Assembly (NCBI GenBank): GCA_965153285.1 | Contig: OZ229111.1 | Direction: 5' to 3' (one strand) | Length of the DNA stretch: 64,000 bases | Source: Podarcis tiliguerta | Taxonomy: Eukaryota | In this document: positions 1 through 13,162 of the stretch, piece by piece | Position numbering within the stretch: the first letter of the stretch is position 1 | How the letters are laid out: each line of letters starts with the position of its first letter | Program-made: the position numbers and the translations under genes | The notes under the pieces: generated by a model | The model's input: only the letters and a program-made list of their open reading frames with translations | What the model was told of the DNA's origin: nothing | Databases searched by the model: none

Positions 1-949
1 CTGATGGAGATAATCAAAGTGGATTAAGGGGCAATCAGCTGCAGCGAGATCGCTTCAGCCTTGTTTGGATGTCCTAGTTCCACCTAGAATGTGCTTGGGA
101 TGCGTCTCTCCTCCCTAGAAGGGACAATAATGGGCAAAGGGATGTGTGTAAAAACCACACTATGGAGAGACCGTCTGGGCTTGTTCTGGAGACTCTGCCA
201 TTGTTTATGCCAGAATTGCTGTGCTTGTGCTCTTTCTGTTTGCGCTTCCATAATTTGCAACCTGCTTGATCTGTACATTAAAAATAAAAAAGATTATCAT
301 AAAGGTACCATCATTTGGGGGTACTTACTCCTCCAGTGGCAATTGGTGCCACGCAGGGTGCGCTGAATTTCCCTGTTGTAATAGGAGGACCATCAATCAT
401 ATTGGTCGTAAAACCAGCAACAGGACCCAAGTCTTGCAGCTGTCCTGAGTTACTCTTATCAAGTACAGAGATCTGAAATGTAGGAAGAAGACACTTAGAG
501 TCCTCCCCTTTAAAAAGGTCACCCGTCCCTAGCGTTCCTCTCCCTCCCTCTGCTTCATTGCAAATTGTATTGTCAAAATCTCCTCTTCAGTATAGAGGTG
601 GGTGCTATCTGTCTCATCCAGGAAAGATAATATCTGCAGATACTGATGCTGCCAGATTGAAGTGCTTCAAACAAGCAGCTTGGGGGTGGAATCCCAATTG
701 AGTTTATATCAACTTTTAATGACTTTGGAAATCTTGTGCAGTTTGGCAACAGCTTGGTCTACTGTGATTGCAGGAGGGAGCCTGGCCGCTGCCTATTTCA
801 TGGATGCTACTGAAATTGAAAATGAACAGAAATAGGAAGAAAATGCAAATCTCTTGCCACTCGCATTCTCTACGTTGCCTAGAAGCTGCTTAAATCCCCA
901 AGAGCAAAAAAAATCAGCAATCATTGTGCAAACCCCTCAAGACAGAACT

Positions 950-1180
950 GACTAAGAGATTGAGCTGTGAATCAGGAAGAGCCTGGTTTGAGTCTTATCT
1001 CTGCCGTGAACTCACTAGGTAGCCTTAGGCAAGCGGCTCTCTTTCAGCCCCAGTTCTTCCTCACCCCAACATGCAATCGTGGGGAGACAAATATTAATAT
1101 AGACTTACTGCTGGATTGTTGCAAGGATTACAACTGGATAATGCATGTGGAGTGCTTTGGAAGTGTGAAAGTGCTGTATG
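950..1180 (+). mobile_element. Old CORE/MIR-like SINE fragment
   Basis: Degenerate tRNA-like head (ctgtgaatcaggaagagcctggtttgagtc), core-like ccttaggcaagc, and L2-like tail ggattgttgcaaggatta...gtggagtgctttg. Confidence 0.55.
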
Positions 1181-1394
1181 GGCAATATAGTGATGGTGGT
1201 TAGTATCGTTAGGGGAAACGTAGTTTTAACTGGGTATAGTACACACACTGTTAACATTTTCCACGGAATGTAGGATAAATAAAGGCTTTCATGGCATGTC
1301 AGGACTGTGGTCATCTAGGTCTGCTTCTACCATTTCCACTCAGGCAGGAATTCAGTGCTGCACATCTTTGCCATGTCACTCAATTTAAAATGCA

Positions 1395-1800
1395 CTATGA
1401 TTGGCCAGAGTTTGGTGGTGGGTTAATTCTCATGATTTGAGCAAGACTTCCATTTTCTGAAGAGATCCTTCTTTTCAACTATGTCTTCCTTGACTCTGCT
1501 CGTTAACTATGTTTGCATCCTCCTGTATTTGTTGGTAGGTTGTGGATTTGATGTGTACCTAATTTGTTGCATACATGGTAGCTGAACATCTAATCCTATG
1601 GTTTCATATCACTTCAGTTCTTGGAAACGATCGAAATTGCCCCCTCAACTTCCTTTTGATGAATCCATTGATTTTAGAAGTTTCCTATTTTGAAACCAAA
1701 TGTTACTGCATTGGACATTCTTGGCAACTTTTCGCTTACATAGATGCTGAATTTTAACAGCACCAGAGTCGCTGTTCCCAATCAGTTCAGCAACATTTAC
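1395..1800 (-). mobile_element. Degenerate CR1 LINE ORF2 fragment (endonuclease-RT linker)
   Basis: Minus-strand translation with stops and frameshifts gives LIGNSD...FKIGNF...LTSRVKEDIVEKKDLFRKWKS...KLW, which matches the CR1 ORF2 pattern. Confidence 0.65.
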
Positions 1801-1805
1801 ACTTA

Positions 1806-2139
1806 GGGCTTCTCTTCAGTCACTCTTGGCCTGTGCCTAGAAAGTGTGGGTCTGAGAGGTTTTCTGATTGCCCCATGCTTTCCAGGCACTGGTCTGAGTG
1901 GCTTTCATTTTCCATTTGCAAGAAAGCATGCTCTTTACCATTGAATCGGAGCAAAGGTCAGTTGGGTTTCCTGCAGGTTGATGTTTGCTCCAATTCAGCG
2001 CTATAGCACGGGCTTTCAGAGGGAAAGTGGTGGGGCAAACAGAAAACTGCTTGGACCCATGCTCAGAAAGCATGGGGCAAGTGGAAAACCTCTCAGACCT
2101 ATGCTTTCTAGGCATGGTAAAAGCAGAGTAGATGAGCCG
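1806..2139. mobile_element. Palindromic MITE-like element
   Basis: tgcctagaaagtgtgggtctgagaggttttctgattgccccatgctttc (from 1834) is the imperfect reverse complement of gaaagcatggggcaagtggaaaacctctcagacctatgctttctaggca (2066-2114). Confidence 0.6.
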
Positions 2140-2374
2140 TTAGGGATGGAATTACCTGCTTCCAACAACCCCCTGCTCCTGAAAGTGCATCCTCAGCACA
2201 AGAAGACATCTGTTTGTCATGTGAGGAATGAGTCCCTACTAAAATATTATTTCCTGATTCCCTAAAATGTCAGGCTGCATTGAGACCCATTTCCCTGTGA
2301 CAACATGGCTGTCTTCAGTCCTTGTTGGAGGGAAGACCACATTGTAGTAACAAATGAGCTAGGGATTAACCCAA

Positions 2375-2749
2375 CATATCCTCCAACATTTTTCCAATGA
2401 AAATAGGGACGTCCTATTCCATAGTGATAATAATTTTATTATTCATACCCCGCCCATCTAATTGGATTTTCCCAGCCACTCTGGGCAGCTTCCAACATAC
2501 AACATAATAAAACATTAAACGTTAAAAGCCTTCTCTATACAGGTTTGCCTTCAGATGTCTTCTAAAGGTTGTATAGTTACTTATCTCCTTGGCTCAGGGA
2601 TCGCAAGACTTCATACCCTCCAACATTTCTCTGAAGAAAACAGTAACGTCCTAAGGAAAAGCAGGACATTCTGGAATCAAATCAGAAACTGGGACAGCTT
2701 CTATAAATCTGGGACTGTCCCTGGAAAATGGGGACACTTGGAGGGTCTG
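2375..2749. mobile_element. Non-autonomous DNA transposon with duplicated left end and an internal L2 3' fragment
   Basis: TIR-like ends cata(t/c)cctccaa...ttggagggtctg. The left terminus repeats at ~2375 and ~2612. Between them lies a reverse L2 tail (ataccccgcccatct...cccagccactctgggc). Confidence 0.6.
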
Positions 2750-2756
2750 CAGTTCA

Positions 2757-2933
2757 GTGCTAGAACATGTGCACTGAATACTGAAGGTATTCGGTTCAAC
2801 CCTAGCATCTCTTGTTAGAAGGGTAAGGTAGCGAATGTTGTCAAAGACCTTTGCCTGAGAGTCACTGAGCTGGAACAGACAACACTAGGCAAGTGGAACA
2901 AATAGGCTGAACTGGTATTAAGGCAAATTCCTA
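2757..2933 (+). mobile_element. Degenerate tRNA-derived squamate SINE (CR1-type tail)
   Basis: Similar to the copies at 45415-45622 and 32380-32570 (ggttcaaccctagcatctc...agacaacact...aaggcaaattccta). Confidence 0.5.
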
Positions 2934-4132
2934 AGAGGTTCCTGGTTTCCTGCACAGCCCTTTCATATTCAAATAGGAAAGCCCAACCTACATATTAATT
3001 TGAATGTTTAATTGGATATACATTTTCTACCAGGGCTGAAGGAGCCAGATCTTGCCTAGGTTAGTATCATTAGTGTGGCCAGTTCCCCCCGCCCCGCTGT
3101 TAGAGGGTGATGAGATACTGGAAGTATGAAAAAAAAACATTATGGTATGAATCTTAATGAAATCGCTTATGCTGTCACCAGGGAGATGTGTGAAATTTGG
3201 AAACCTAATTCCATCTGGTGAAACACCCAGCATCAGAACACAGAGGACTAAGCCCACAGACAGCTAGTGGGGCTCTGCACAGAAGCAGTGCTGTGCAATT
3301 CAGGTGAGAGCAGCGGGGTGGGGGATTCCTGGCTCCTGCAATCCCCAGTACAGGTCCTCCCTATTGTCAGCTAGCCAAGCTCCCTGATTAAGGATGCAGG
3401 AAAGTTGAAACTGCCTGACTGGGTGGAAGGAGCCAGGCACAGCCGCTCCATCCATCAGGGCTCTCGCTTTCTGCCAAGCACATTAGGGGATAATTAAGTA
3501 AAAATAGGCCTTCCGACCAGTGTAGCTCATTAAGGGCTAATTAAGTTAATTAGTGCCAGGTGTGGATTGCGGCTCTCGCTTTCGCTTGGCTGTTGTTTGC
3601 TGTAATTGCATTTTCTCAGAAGCTTCCTCCCTTCGGCTGGAATACTGCCAAAGTGAAAGGTATTCAATGCCTCACACTGTTGATGCAACAGTGACTAGCT
3701 AATGGCCGCCTAATGACGGCCACATGGGAAATGGGGACACTTAACCCTTTCGGCTATGTAATCTGCCAGACACACACACACAGTGAGAGAGAGACCTGGG
3801 GCCTAAGCCAAAGCACTGAGTCCAGTCCAAAATGCAGCTCCCTGTCGCTGTCATATATCTGCACTGCTTAGACTTTTGCACAGAATTTTAAGGAGGTCAT
3901 CATCCCTGACCGCTGGTCCTACTAGCTAGGAATGATAGGAGTTGTAGTCCAACAACACCTGGGGACCCAAGGTTGAGAATGGCTCCCCTAGAGTGATTAA
4001 GATGGAAGATGGCAGCCTTAATGTGTTGGCGCAGTATGGATTTAGATAGGTAGGTGTCTTCCTCCAATGAGCTAGCCATGAAGGCAAACAGATGAGCACA
4101 GGATTCCCTTAAAAGATGTGGAGACTGAGGGA

Positions 4133-4380
4133 CAATGGATTATTCAAGATGCATTCTACAAGAAAGGAGATTCTGACCAAACATCAGGATGAGCTTTCTG
4201 ATGGTAAGAGCTCTTCAACAGTGCAACAAACTCCCTCAGGATCCTGTGGACTCTCCTTCCTTGGAGGTTTTCAAACAGAGGTTAGGTGACCATCTGTCAC
4301 GGATGCTTCCGTTGAGATTCCTGCATTGCAGGGGGTTGGGCTAGATGACCCTTCCAGCTCTACGATTCTATGGTTCTATG
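4133..4380 (+). mobile_element. CR1 LINE 3' end
   Basis: gtggactctccttccttggaggttttcaaacagagg...cctgcattgcagggggttgg...gattctatggttctatg terminal repeat. Confidence 0.85.
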
Positions 4381-6921
4381 CTCATTTTAATATGAAGTGT
4401 TGGCCAGAGATACAACAATGGGGTAAATAGGATTAAGCAAGATGAGTATATCATTACCTATGTTCATCAGATTTTTTTAAACATTTCTTTTTTTGCTACA
4501 AAAGAGTGTTTGTTAGGTTGCTTGTTTTAGTTATATAGTTCTTATTCCTGGTGATAAGAAGGTATCGCTTTGGATGTTGCTTGATAAGTTCCTTGGCAGA
4601 GATCTTTCTATGACATATAGACGCCTTCTAGATTGCACCCATTTCCTTCCTTGCAGCGTGCTGAGTGGCAGAGTTGGCTTTGTAGGTGATATGAAGCCCA
4701 TACCTCATTGGGGAGGGGGGCGCTAGTCCTCCCCCCCTCATTGTCCCTGACCCTGCCTGTTCACCTCCTGCTCTTTCTGAGTCAGCAGAGAGTGACAGGA
4801 GTAAAGGGCTAAGTAGGAGTAGCAGCTTCGGCTCATCTCAGCCTCTTCCTCTGGGTAGCCATGCAGACTGGGCCCAGAGGAAGAGGGCAAGGAATGGGCT
4901 CATGTGACAGTTTCATGGAGAATGATGCCTTCCAAGGGAGCCTGCAACCAGCACTGGTAACTGACCCCATAGCTGCCATCACATGAGCTGTGTGTGAGCT
5001 AAGGCAGGCAAGAAAAGAAAGCCAACTCTCTGCTCCTCTCTGCCTTCCTTCCTTCCACTCTCTATTGGCAATGAGCAATTGTAGGTGGCCACTTTGAAGG
5101 ACCAAGGCCAACAAATGCTGATAGAACATGGCATCAATACATTAACTTGTAATTAGTTATATTTATTCTTGTCCACTCTTGTCCACTGCTCTCCCCGCTC
5201 TTTTTGTACTTACTCAGGGGAAGACCAGATGTCAGCGGCAGCAGGACTCTCAATTTAGATGCCCCTAAAAAATAACCAGCTGGTGGTCTGTGCTAATACA
5301 TCATGTTGGCTCCGTGTGCATTCATCTGGGACTCAACTGGATCTCTGTGTCCAGCTGTATGGAATCGTAGCAAGCACTTAGGACTCTGCAGAGCAGAAGA
5401 AAAACCTGTATCTCACTGGCATGTTCTCAGCAATCCCAGCTTAACTTTGTGGCTTTGACACGAAACCACTGGAGGATAAGCCCTGCCAGTCTAGACTGTT
5501 GGAATCTGCTCGGCTCACTTCACAGCAGAGATACAATCTTCCATCCGGGAGCCGATCGTGGCACTGCTCAAAATGTCACATCAGATGCCTCCCTTTATCT
5601 GCCAGGAATCACCCAGCAAATGTCACCAGCCACATGATGACATTGGGAAGGTTCTGGAGAAGGAGGAAGAGGGAGATAGGTGCTCAAGACTAAAAGGAAT
5701 GCATCTATGGTGGACATGGGATCTTCAGGGAATTTAATTTCTACATAGGTATGTTGTTTGTGGGTCATCTGTCAACATCAAGTGAAGGCTTGTCTGTGGG
5801 AAAGAGGTGACCCATCACAGGCAGTTGTTTCCCATTAGCTCAAAATAATTTCATTGAAAGCCGTTCACATGTTCAGCTAGGAGCCATCAAGTGGAGCATA
5901 TGCATGTGCAATAGTTAACTGGCCCCTACTTGTTTTCAAGGAAAGAAGGCAAATATCGGCCCATGGGTCCTTGCAATGCCTTGTGCACCTATACGTGGGT
6001 CAGCATGCAAGAATGGATTGCAGCACTGGACATAGCTCAGCTAAGAGCTGCCAGATAGATGAGCTATGCACACACACACATATAAAATCTTTTCTTTTCT
6101 CTTCCTTTTCCTTGCTCCACACTTTGTCCAATTTGGTGAGTGGGTGCCTGCCCAACATCTAGTTACCCACCTGCTGGTAAACATAAGGCTAGCAGCTTAA
6201 TCAGGTCACAAGATGAGACTGTTTTCTGGCTCTGAAATCCGAATCCACTAGGAATATAACTGAAGGGTAACTTCTTATCACAAGGGTTTGCTATAGCAAA
6301 CAAGGGGCTGAGGTAGGAGAGACTTGCGCTTGATTAAAGCACAATAAATGAAAATTATTTTTAAAAGGTACGGGCACCTAAGCAATTAATATTCACAGGT
6401 AACAAGTGTTCTCTCACATGGGAACATAATGCATAAATTGGGGTTTATAGATCTGATTCTCCTCTCAACCTGAAAGTGTTTCTGGAATAGTTGAAGTCAG
6501 CAAAGTCGTCCTGGATCTATATTCCACTGATTGCAACGTCAAGTCTGGCATCTTAAATATTTTAACAGCTGTCAAGTGACCATTGTTTGTATACTTGATT
6601 GCTTGCAAATGTTCAGTGCTGAGCCACTGATACTTCCTCCATGGTTACTAATGGATGGAAGATGTTTCTCAGGGTGGCTGGTTTCCAACCAAGTTGTGGC
6701 TGAAACTGGTGCTCTATTCTCTGGGTTCGTGTACATGTGCATCAGGTTAGAACTTTCAATCTGCACCACTTCCTTTCCCCCGTGTGTGTGTGTGTGAACA
6801 CAAACAAACAAACAAACAAACAACATGGCTGCTGAGGGTGCAATTTGAGGAAGACTGATACAGAGCCTAGTGCCTGACCTAACGTTTTCAGGAAGGAAGT
6901 CTGACAGATTGCCAGGAATAA

Positions 6922-7290
6922 TTTTTGAATTATGGTGCTGGAGGAGACTCTTGAGAGTCCCATGGACTGCAAGAAGATCAAACCTATCCATTCTTAAGGA
7001 AATCAGCCCTGAGTGCTCACTGTAAGGACAGATCGTGAAGCTGAGGCTCCAATACTTTGGCCACCTCATGAGAAGAGAAGACTCCCTGGAAAAGACCCTG
7101 ATGTTGGGAAAGATGCAGGGCACAAAGAGACGGGGACGACAGAAGACAAGATGGTTGGATAGTGTTCTCAAAGCTACCAGCATGCGTTTGACCAAACTGC
7201 GGGAGGCAGTGGAAGACAGGAGTGCCTGGCGTGCTCTGGTCCATGGGGTCACGAAGAGTTGGACACAACTATATGACTAAACAACAACAA
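6922..7290 (+). mobile_element. BovB (RTE) LINE 3' fragment, 5'-truncated
   Basis: Encodes KLRLQYFGHLMRREDSLEKTLMLGK...RRGRQ..RWLD and ends ccatggggtcacgaagagt...(CAA)n tail. Confidence 0.93.
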
Positions 7291-7502
7291 ATCCAGGATC
7301 CTCTTCTCACAGTGGCCAATCCACAGGCAAGACCCAAGCACAACAGCATCCTCCTCTTGTGTGGTTTCCAGCAACTGGTATCTCGGAAGCATTACTGCCG
7401 CTGCCTATGTAGGCAAAGCAGAGTCATTGTGGCTAGTGGCCATTGAGAGCCTTGTCTTCCAAGTTGGTGGTCATCATTGCCACTTGTGGGAGCAAGTTCT
7501 TT

Positions 7503-8095
7503 GTACAGTTCTGGTCGCCTCATCTCAAAAAGGATATTGCAGAGTTGGGAAAAGTTCAGAAAAGGGCTGCCAGATTGATCAAAGGGGTGGAGCGAGGTTG
7601 CACGAAGAAAGGTTGCAACATTTGAGGCTTTTTGGTTTAGAGACGAAAGGTGAGCAAGAGGTGACTTGATAGAAGTTTATAAAATTATGCACGGCATGGG
7701 GAAAGTGGATGGAGAAAAGTTTTTCTCCCTCTCTCATAACTTGTGGGTATGCAGTGAAGAATGTTGGGAGATTTGGGACAGATAAAAGAACGGGCCTCTT
7801 TCTTTTATCTGTCCTGAATGGCACATAGTTAAACTTTCGAACTCTGTCTCACGGGAGACAGCGATGGTCACCAACTTGGGCAACTTTAAAAGGGAATTAG
7901 ACAAAATCGTAGGGAATAAGGCTATCAAAGGCTACTAGCCATGCTGGCAATGTTCCACCTCCATGGTCAGGAGTCTGCTGGAAATTGCAGGTAGGCAGAG
8001 TCCTGCTTGCAGGCTTCCCATAGGCATCTGGTTGTATGCTGAACCTGATGAGCGATTTGGCTTGATCCAGGAGCCTCATCCTACATTCTTATGTT
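7503..8095 (+). mobile_element. CR1 LINE ORF2 end and 3'UTR fragment
   Basis: VQFWSPHLKKDIAELGKVQKRAARLIKG is the CR1 RT C-terminal motif, followed by a typical CR1 3' region. Confidence 0.88.
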
Positions 8096-9584
8096 GCAGC
8101 CACAGTGGCTCCATTGTGTTTGAAAGGGAGCAAAAGTCTAATAAATGTGAAGCTCCAGCCTCAGAGAGGGAGCAGTTTAGGTTTGGGGTAGGAGACATGC
8201 AGTGTCGTCATCTATTTTGAAGGTGGTTGGCAGGCAATGCAATATAGTTTGCTTGCACTTGGGGGAACTAAGAACTCCCCTCCTCCCCATGAACTGCAAA
8301 ATGTTTCTCTGGTGCTTCATTCCTGTCTGTTCCTGTTCCCTTTCACCTTTGGGGATGGAGGCGAGGATATGAAAGCTGAGCTTCTCCGAAGCTATGGGTT
8401 CAGCACGAAAGTATTCCCTTCCCTCTGCCTTTGCCCAGTGGACTGAGATCCTTTTAAAACATGCTCATGCATCAGGGAGCCGATGAGTATTCAGCGCTAA
8501 CTCCTGTTTCTGAAAATGAGTCTGGCTGACCTATCTGGAAAATCTGAAATAAAATTGGGTTACATCCCCGTAATCTATATCAACTGCCCCTTTCAGCTTT
8601 AATGGCCCTCTCCAGGCACCACCCCAAAATTTGTCCTCATCTAGGGCGCAGATTGTTAAAATGCAGCGAGCCAGGTATCGCCGGCCACCAGCCCGTCCTC
8701 TAAGTGGAGAGAATCGCAAAAGGATGCTTTGAAATACTGGTGTGAGCCGCGGATGAGGCAGGCAAGGGTGCCACTTATTCATCAGCATTCTGCAGCTCTC
8801 TCCCCCATTATTCCTGCAATGAATCAGAGCGAGATGAGGCAGGAGTCTAGCCGAGAGCTTCATCCATAATCTGCACTCCGATGCCAGCACACACAATGGC
8901 ATCCCAAAGGGACAACTAGTCTCCACATTTGGGCCAGTGGAAAGTTACTGCTTCTTTTGCAGGCATGGCAGTGACAGTCCTGTAAGATGGCGGGGGGGGG
9001 GGGGGAGAGGGAGGCAGCTATGGAGTGGGGGGGGGCAGGGAGGAGGGGGGGAAGGCCCTCATTGGATTGTTACACTTGCGGGCCGCTATTTCTCAGCAGC
9101 AAGATAATTGCCTTCCAGTGACAACCGAGGTCAGGCGTGACTGGCATCTCAGGGAGTATCTGTCTGCTACGGGGCTCTGACAGCCCTGCCTGTCATTGCT
9201 TTGTTTTACAGCTACAACAACTGGGGGAAGGGGAGGGGGGGAGGGATCCCACAAAGCCATTGCTTGATGGAAAACAACCCAGAAATTCGGTGTTATGTGA
9301 GCTCTTTAATTAGAACCCCGCACAGATAAGACGCTGCTTCTGGTGTTCTGCCGGAGACACCTTTGGTGTGGGGCAGAACCTGTGATGTTTTGTGGGGCAG
9401 GCCTCAGGGGGAGAGAGAGGGATACCTATCCTTCTCTGTACTCTTAACCCCCCCCCCTCTTCTCTTTTCTTCTGTGCACCGGACGTGGTTTAATTTGTGC
9501 CCCAAACCGTTTCCTACCACTGAGCCCTCAGGAGTAATGATAACGAAGAGGAGTGTCCCACAGCATATGCAGATTGTTGGCATC

Positions 9585-9815
9585 CGTCTGTCTAGGGAGA
9601 TAATGGAGGCGCGCACCTTGCGGGGTGAGGTCAAACTGTTGGAAGGTTGCAGCACCTGCTGTGGCTGTAGAGATGGATGCGGACGAGACATGCTTCATTG
9701 CAGCCAGGGCAGATGAAGGCATTTGGTTGTGCTGCTGCAGCTGCACCATGGCGTTTCTTCTCTCTGCACCCCACCCAGCGGTCATTTCTCCTCTGGTCAC
9801 TGCTGTGGACAGACA
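9585..9815 (-). mobile_element. RTE-clade LINE 3' fragment (non-BovB)
   Basis: Encodes FICPGCNEACLVRIHLYSHSRCC, an RTE C-terminal C2H2-like finger. A homologous copy lies at 46840-47200. Confidence 0.75.
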
Positions 9816-9924
9816 ACTTGAGTGATAATACCATAGGCACAAAGGAAGCTTCCTTATGCTGAGTCAGACCCCTCGGTCCATCTCACTCAGAATGGTTTAC
9901 ACTAGCCACCCCCAATTTAGAATC

Positions 9925-10180
9925 AGAGAACAGTAGAGTTGGGAGGGAGCGCCAAGGTTGCCTAGTTCAAACCCCTGCAATGCAGGACTCACTCAGAGAT
10001 TATGAAGCAGAGGTATAAGAGCAGCTTTCACAGCAAAGCGTAGGGTGCCTAGGGCTACTTGAGTCCCAATGTATCCTTGAAAAAGAAAATCCACCCCATC
10101 ACCCATATTGATGCATTGCATTGCAGGGGGTTGGACTAGATGACCCATGTGGTCCCTTCCAATTCTACAGCTCTATGATT
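9925..10180. mobile_element. Two short CR1-type 3' tails in opposite orientation (9925-9990 minus; 10113-10180 plus)
   Basis: ctagttcaaacccctgcaatgcagg (minus) and gcattgcaggggttggactagatgacc...ttctacagctctatgatt (plus). Confidence 0.7.
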
Positions 10181-11041
10181 GTTTGATTCTATTCCTTTTC
10201 TGCCCTTCTCTACATACTGCTAAGATGTGCACCAACTGTCCCTGTTTTCTGGCGTATGCCAGAAAACAGGGACAGTTTAGTGTCTGTTTTTTGTCTTTCG
10301 GAAAGAAATTGGAGGTACCTGTTAAAACATTTTTGTCCATGCCCACATCTGGGGTGCTACAGCAGTGGTTCTCAACCTTTACGAGTATGAAGAACCCTTT
10401 CTAACCTAATTTATGAAAGCCCACATGCTAATTGTCCTGGCCTCTCCAGTCACAGTTTAACACATAGCAGGGGACGGGGCGGGGGAGAGCCTCCAGCAGT
10501 GTGGCCCTTGGAGGGAGAATAGGGATGTTACAAGAAAAAACGTGCACCCCCATTTTTGTTTGAGAAAGGTTGGAGGGGATGTGCTGCAAGAGCCATATCT
10601 CAGCTCTACCTAGTGACGTCTATTGAGTCACAAGTGCATTTGTTGACTGCAGTGGCCAAGTCTCCACTGTTCAGGGATGCAAAAGTCCTCTGCTGATTTG
10701 GTCCCCCCCCTCCCCAAATCTAAATGTACAAACTAGATGCAAAACCATGTCTGCCCCCAGCAATGTTTCTCCTCCAGGTACTGACCTGGAGCTCTGCTGC
10801 AATCAATATACACCACCCCCACCCACCGACATCATCCTTGGTTGCAGAAATACTTCAGTCATCATGAAAGGAGAGCTGTGCATCCTTGCTGGGATCATCA
10901 GTGCTTGCCCTATCCCCAGTCCTGACCTCGAAAGGCCACCTCCTTTTCTCCCCTGGGTAGAGGGAGTTCATAGCTCAGTTGGAATCAATATTCTCTCTTG
11001 TTTGTGATTCTATACAAAGCCTCTCGTGATGAGCAGCAGCA

Positions 11042-11048
11042 GTGTGTA

Positions 11049-11103
<55 letters not shown>
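11042..11103. repeat. (GT)n(GA)n compound microsatellite
   Basis: Read directly from the sequence. Confidence 0.95.
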
Positions 11104-11104
<1 letters not shown>

Positions 11105-12833
11105 TTGAATCTGCACTCATGGATTGATTTTTTGCTAACAATCAGAAGGAGGTTGCTACATATCCCACATCTGTTGGAAGCCTTCTTCCATATGGGGCAA
11201 GTGAGGGATGATGCCTCATCCTACTCTTTTACTGCTTGCCTGCTCAGAGGTGAGCAGGTAGTGCCAGGAAGGGGGGCAGCAGTGCCAGAAGGCTGCAGGG
11301 GTCAGCAATGGATGCCCCATAGAAGGATGGGCCTTCTCAGTAAATGCCCGATGATGCCAGCCCCTGATGGCATGGACTGAGTTTGTACAGGGATCTGGTG
11401 GGATTAAAGTCAGTCAACAGTTAGAATTACCGCCCCACCACTATGTCATACACAACTGTGGTGCTTGAAGGAAAGACACAGTTCCCCAAAGTGCATCAAT
11501 CCAAAGGCTCCCAAGCCTTTTAAATATCATGTGGGATTCCCAAGTCAAGCCCTAATACTGGGTATGGAGTCAGTTCCTCCATACAGTTTATTTGGAGAAG
11601 CAGAATCCTTTGATCTTCCTGCTTCCCTATTGGAAACAGATAAGGACCTTGGCAGGATTATTGTAACAACCTGCAGTTTCACGAGAGTATATAATTAAAG
11701 TAGATGAATAGAAGAGTAAGTTAAGTTAATTTAGAATATGCAGGAAATGATAAAAAAATAATTTTAAGGAACCACAGAAAGAGGAAGGAAGTTGAGTTTT
11801 GAAATGTTAAAATGACTGTAAAACTATTGAAATGTATATAACTGAAAAATAAAAAATAGCAATGGTTTCTGTAAGTCCTCGACCCTGAACAGCTCCGTTT
11901 CTGTTCAACCTTCACTCACCTTGAATTATGATCCAGTTCTTGTCCCATAACCCCAGTTTTACTAAAGGATTCCTGTGGGAAGCAGCAGCACTCTGCAGGC
12001 TGACTGATACAGCAGCTGAATGCCCTGCTTCTTTTACTGTAATAGCTGAATTCAGAAACTGGTCCATCTTTGAACAGATGGTCTTACCTCATGCTTGCTT
12101 CCTTCCATGCTAATGAAATCATGCACTTTTTGCAGCTATTAAAGGTAAATGTGAGCCGATCAACAAGAGAATTCCTTGTGCGGAGGAGATGGTTACAGAG
12201 CATATTGCCACAAAACTTTTTTTCGGGTTGTGGGTGGGGGGGAGGATTTTGGCATGGAGATTCATTCCATCAGTTCTCTCTGACACAGGTTGAAATTGCA
12301 GCTTCCCATTTCCTGGCCTAAGGCCCATTTCAAAGTTATGTCCAGCTGCTGATTGGACATGTCAGAATACGGACAAGGCAAATTGCCATGATAAATCCCA
12401 CTGTAAAAACTCAGCTGGGGGCTAGGAAGCATGCTCATGAGAACTGGTGCTGCGGAGGGCTACATGGATGTCAGAACTGACAGTATCATCCTATCCTAGG
12501 TATACACCATTTCTGTAGTCAACACAGGCTGCTTCTACACTAGAGCTCTTTAACTCAGCTAAGACACTGTTTTTTTGCACTTAGTTGGAAGTGAAGCTAG
12601 AATGGAGGATGCACACACACATGTAACATATCCAGCAATTCTCTTTGCTACAGCCAAGAACCTTCTATAATGTGAATGTATTGGAAGTCAGCTTATGGAA
12701 GAGGGTTCTTGCATGAATTAAGACAGATAGAGTTAAGGACCTCCAGATTCCCAAGACTATCCCTCTTGAGCTGACCTCTCTATCTCTCTGATGGTTAGGT
12801 TGATGCTTCTCAGGTTGCATCTTGCTTACAACT

Positions 12834-12872
12834 TCCTCCTCCTCCTCCTCCTCCTCCTCCTCCTCCTCCTCC
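12834..12872. repeat. (TCC)n microsatellite
   Basis: Read directly from the sequence. Confidence 0.95.
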
Positions 12873-13162
12873 CAGTTCTCTCTCGAACCTCAAGATGAGA
12901 GGTGGCGTTGGAACTGTTAATTAATAATTTCTGCTCAGTATGATAGAGTTTTATTTCATACAGCTTAGTTTCAGATTTACGGGGCATCTCTCCACATTCC
13001 ATCTAGGGAACTGTGGATGTCATGATCTTAGAATGGGTGTTATCATTCAATACGTTTAGGTTTTGTATGCCCTGCCCTTAGTTGGATATATTAAGAAATC
13101 TTTTGCTGTTGCTCGTTTGTCTTTGTGGTTCTATAATAATTGGAAAACCAATAAGAATAAAC

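Noticed and set aside
6572-7252. 226-aa minus-strand ORF
   Set aside because: Antisense read-through of the BovB fragment plus microsatellites.
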